Of a stretch of DNA of 33,920 nt, positions 32,372-33,920 are shown one piece after another. Source of the DNA: Veleropilina oligotropha (Eukaryota); assembly GCA_048128005.1 (NCBI GenBank), contig JBEUKZ010000060.1, positions 558,001-591,920 of the forward strand. Direction: 5' to 3'. A model generated the notes under the pieces. That model was not told the origin of the DNA. It saw only the letters and a list, made by a program, of their open reading frames with translations, and made no database searches. A program made the position numbers and the translations under genes. How positions within the stretch are numbered: the stretch's first letter is position 1; each line of letters starts with the position of its first letter.

Positions 32372-32984
32372 ACATTGGACAAGTTCGACATAGACTCACT
32401 GAAAACGCCACCACGTCACTAGTCCAATCACTTGTCATCTCCAGATTGGACTACGGTAATAGTCTACTCTGTGATATTTCCCGGGAACAATTGACTAGTC
32501 TTCAATTAGTTCAAAACAAAGCTGCACGGATGATCACCCTGACAAAGAGACGCGATCACATAACACCTGTTCTCAAATCCCTTCACTGGTTACCAGTAGA
32601 TGTCCGAATCGACTTCAAAGTGTCACGTCTTGTGTACAAATCTTTGTGCAGATTTGCCCCGCAATATATTCGTGACTTTCTGCATGAGTATCATCCATCT
32701 AGACAATTGAGATCATCTTCTTTGGATATGCTTCAGATACCAAAGTCTAGGACAGCTCGTTATGGATATCGTGCATTTTATTGTTATGATCCAATAGTCT
32801 GGAATTATCTGCCACTTAATATTCGACAAGCTGATTCCATTTATTCTTTTAAATCGCTTCTGAAAACTCATTTATTTATAATAAAGTATGATACCTAGCT
32901 AGGTAAATTGTTGGAACCATTGTACAGCGCTTTTGAACAATTTGGAAAATGCGCTATAAAAAGACAATTATTATTATTATTATT
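32372..32984 (+). mobile_element. 5'-truncated L2/CR1-group LINE (ORF2 C-terminus to 32898, 3' UTR, (ATT)n tail)
   Basis: SRLDYGNSLL, LQLVQNKAAR, HITPVLKSLHWLPV, WNYLP, FKSLLKTHLF; AGCGC..GCGCT 3' stem; ATT tail; absent from the left arm (~29905). Confidence 0.93.
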
Positions 32985-33920
32985 AAAGGGTTAACGCTAT
33001 GTTAATTGCGGCAACTTAAGTGTACATCAACGTTGTTATATCCCTTTTATTGGTAATTAGAATGAAAACATTGATGTCATTTTTGGGGTTGGCAGACCCT
33101 ATTAATGCATACAACCCCTAAAACAGCCATGAATTATTTATACATGTTATTCTTAACATGAAAACAGCAGTATAATGGGTTTAATTTTGATCATTCCTCC
33201 GAGTTCGTTGGAGCATTCATGTGTCTTAAGGTGTTGGCATCATTTTTGGGTAGGAACCCTCATTTTTAGAGCTGCTTGCCGTTGGTCTATTCATTCCGGA
33301 TTGTCCTATCATAAGCATGCTCGTGTGCATGTTTCATATCGGTGTATATCTGTATTTATCACATGTCTTGGTCATTTTCTCATAGTGCAGCACTGTGTAT
33401 TATTCGTCGTAATACACGTGTCTCAAAATCATATCGAAATGCGATTGGCTGTTTACAAAGAGACCTTAAAGTAACCAATGAAAACGCAAGTGACGTAACG
33501 TCATCCGAAAAATTGCCTTATATAGAAACGATTTTGGTCAAACTCAATCCAAAACGTAATCGACGATAACATGTCGCACATAGATGTTTAGACTATCGTT
33601 GTAAATTGTAAGCACAAATAATATTCATTATTCTTTTTCCTTTAGATAACATATATAAAATTTTAGCATTTTATCTTCACATATTTGCTTTTTAATCTTT
33701 AATTATACTTTTACAAACACGTAAACATTGTATTTCGTAGCAAATTTCACTATTTTTGCATTGCGTGAGTATGACGTCATTCCATCTTACTTACAATGCG
33801 CCGTAGTGTCAACGTCGCTACTTTCTAATAGCGAAGTTGTGAATTGTTTTAAATTAATTTTATCATAAACAGACATGTGATAAATAGAACATCACATTCG
33901 TGGTGGTGTAATATCACATT

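Larger units (their letters stand above)
27730..33261. mobile_element. Rearranged Academ DNA transposon relic forming a large inverted repeat
   Basis: Arms ~28405-30948 and 31631-33261 are reverse complements apart from insertions. Coding remnants of XPG-like nuclease and Cys-rich domains. Putative TAG terminus at 27730 and a ~530-bp subterminal duplication (27950 vs 28479). Confidence 0.75.

Overview
AT-rich, repeat-dense animal genomic DNA; the repeat types suggest a mollusc or other lophotrochozoan, but the taxon is not established. Eight phase-compatible GT-AG exons of a minus-strand multi-FAS1 (fasciclin/TGFBI/periostin-like) gene lie between 4861 and 19045. One intron carries a complete and apparently recent 7.46-kb DIRS1-type tyrosine-recombinase retrotransposon (9610-17071, minus strand). 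It has identical 208-bp ITRs, an ICR that spells the joined ends, and uninterrupted Gag, RT/RNaseH/Dam-like methyltransferase and YR ORFs. Inside it I see four unusual signals. (1) A single CCC-UAG-G site may serve Gag termination, +1 frameshifting into the AUG-less RT frame, and read-through into the in-frame YR ORF. (2) A GC-rich non-coding island has G-U pairs that favour folding on the antisense/cDNA strand. (3) There is extra short complementarity around the ICR and a U1-complementary GTAAGTAT at the ITR edge. (4) The 5' leader may be spliced, with a 14-nt micro-exon. The rest of the window is nested non-autonomous elements (Helentron/HINE, Helitron, pogo-, Harbinger-, Kolobok- and hAT-like MITEs, SINE heads, an L2 fragment) and minisatellites. 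A fold-back Academ relic at the right end has two arms that supply empty-site controls for three later insertions.
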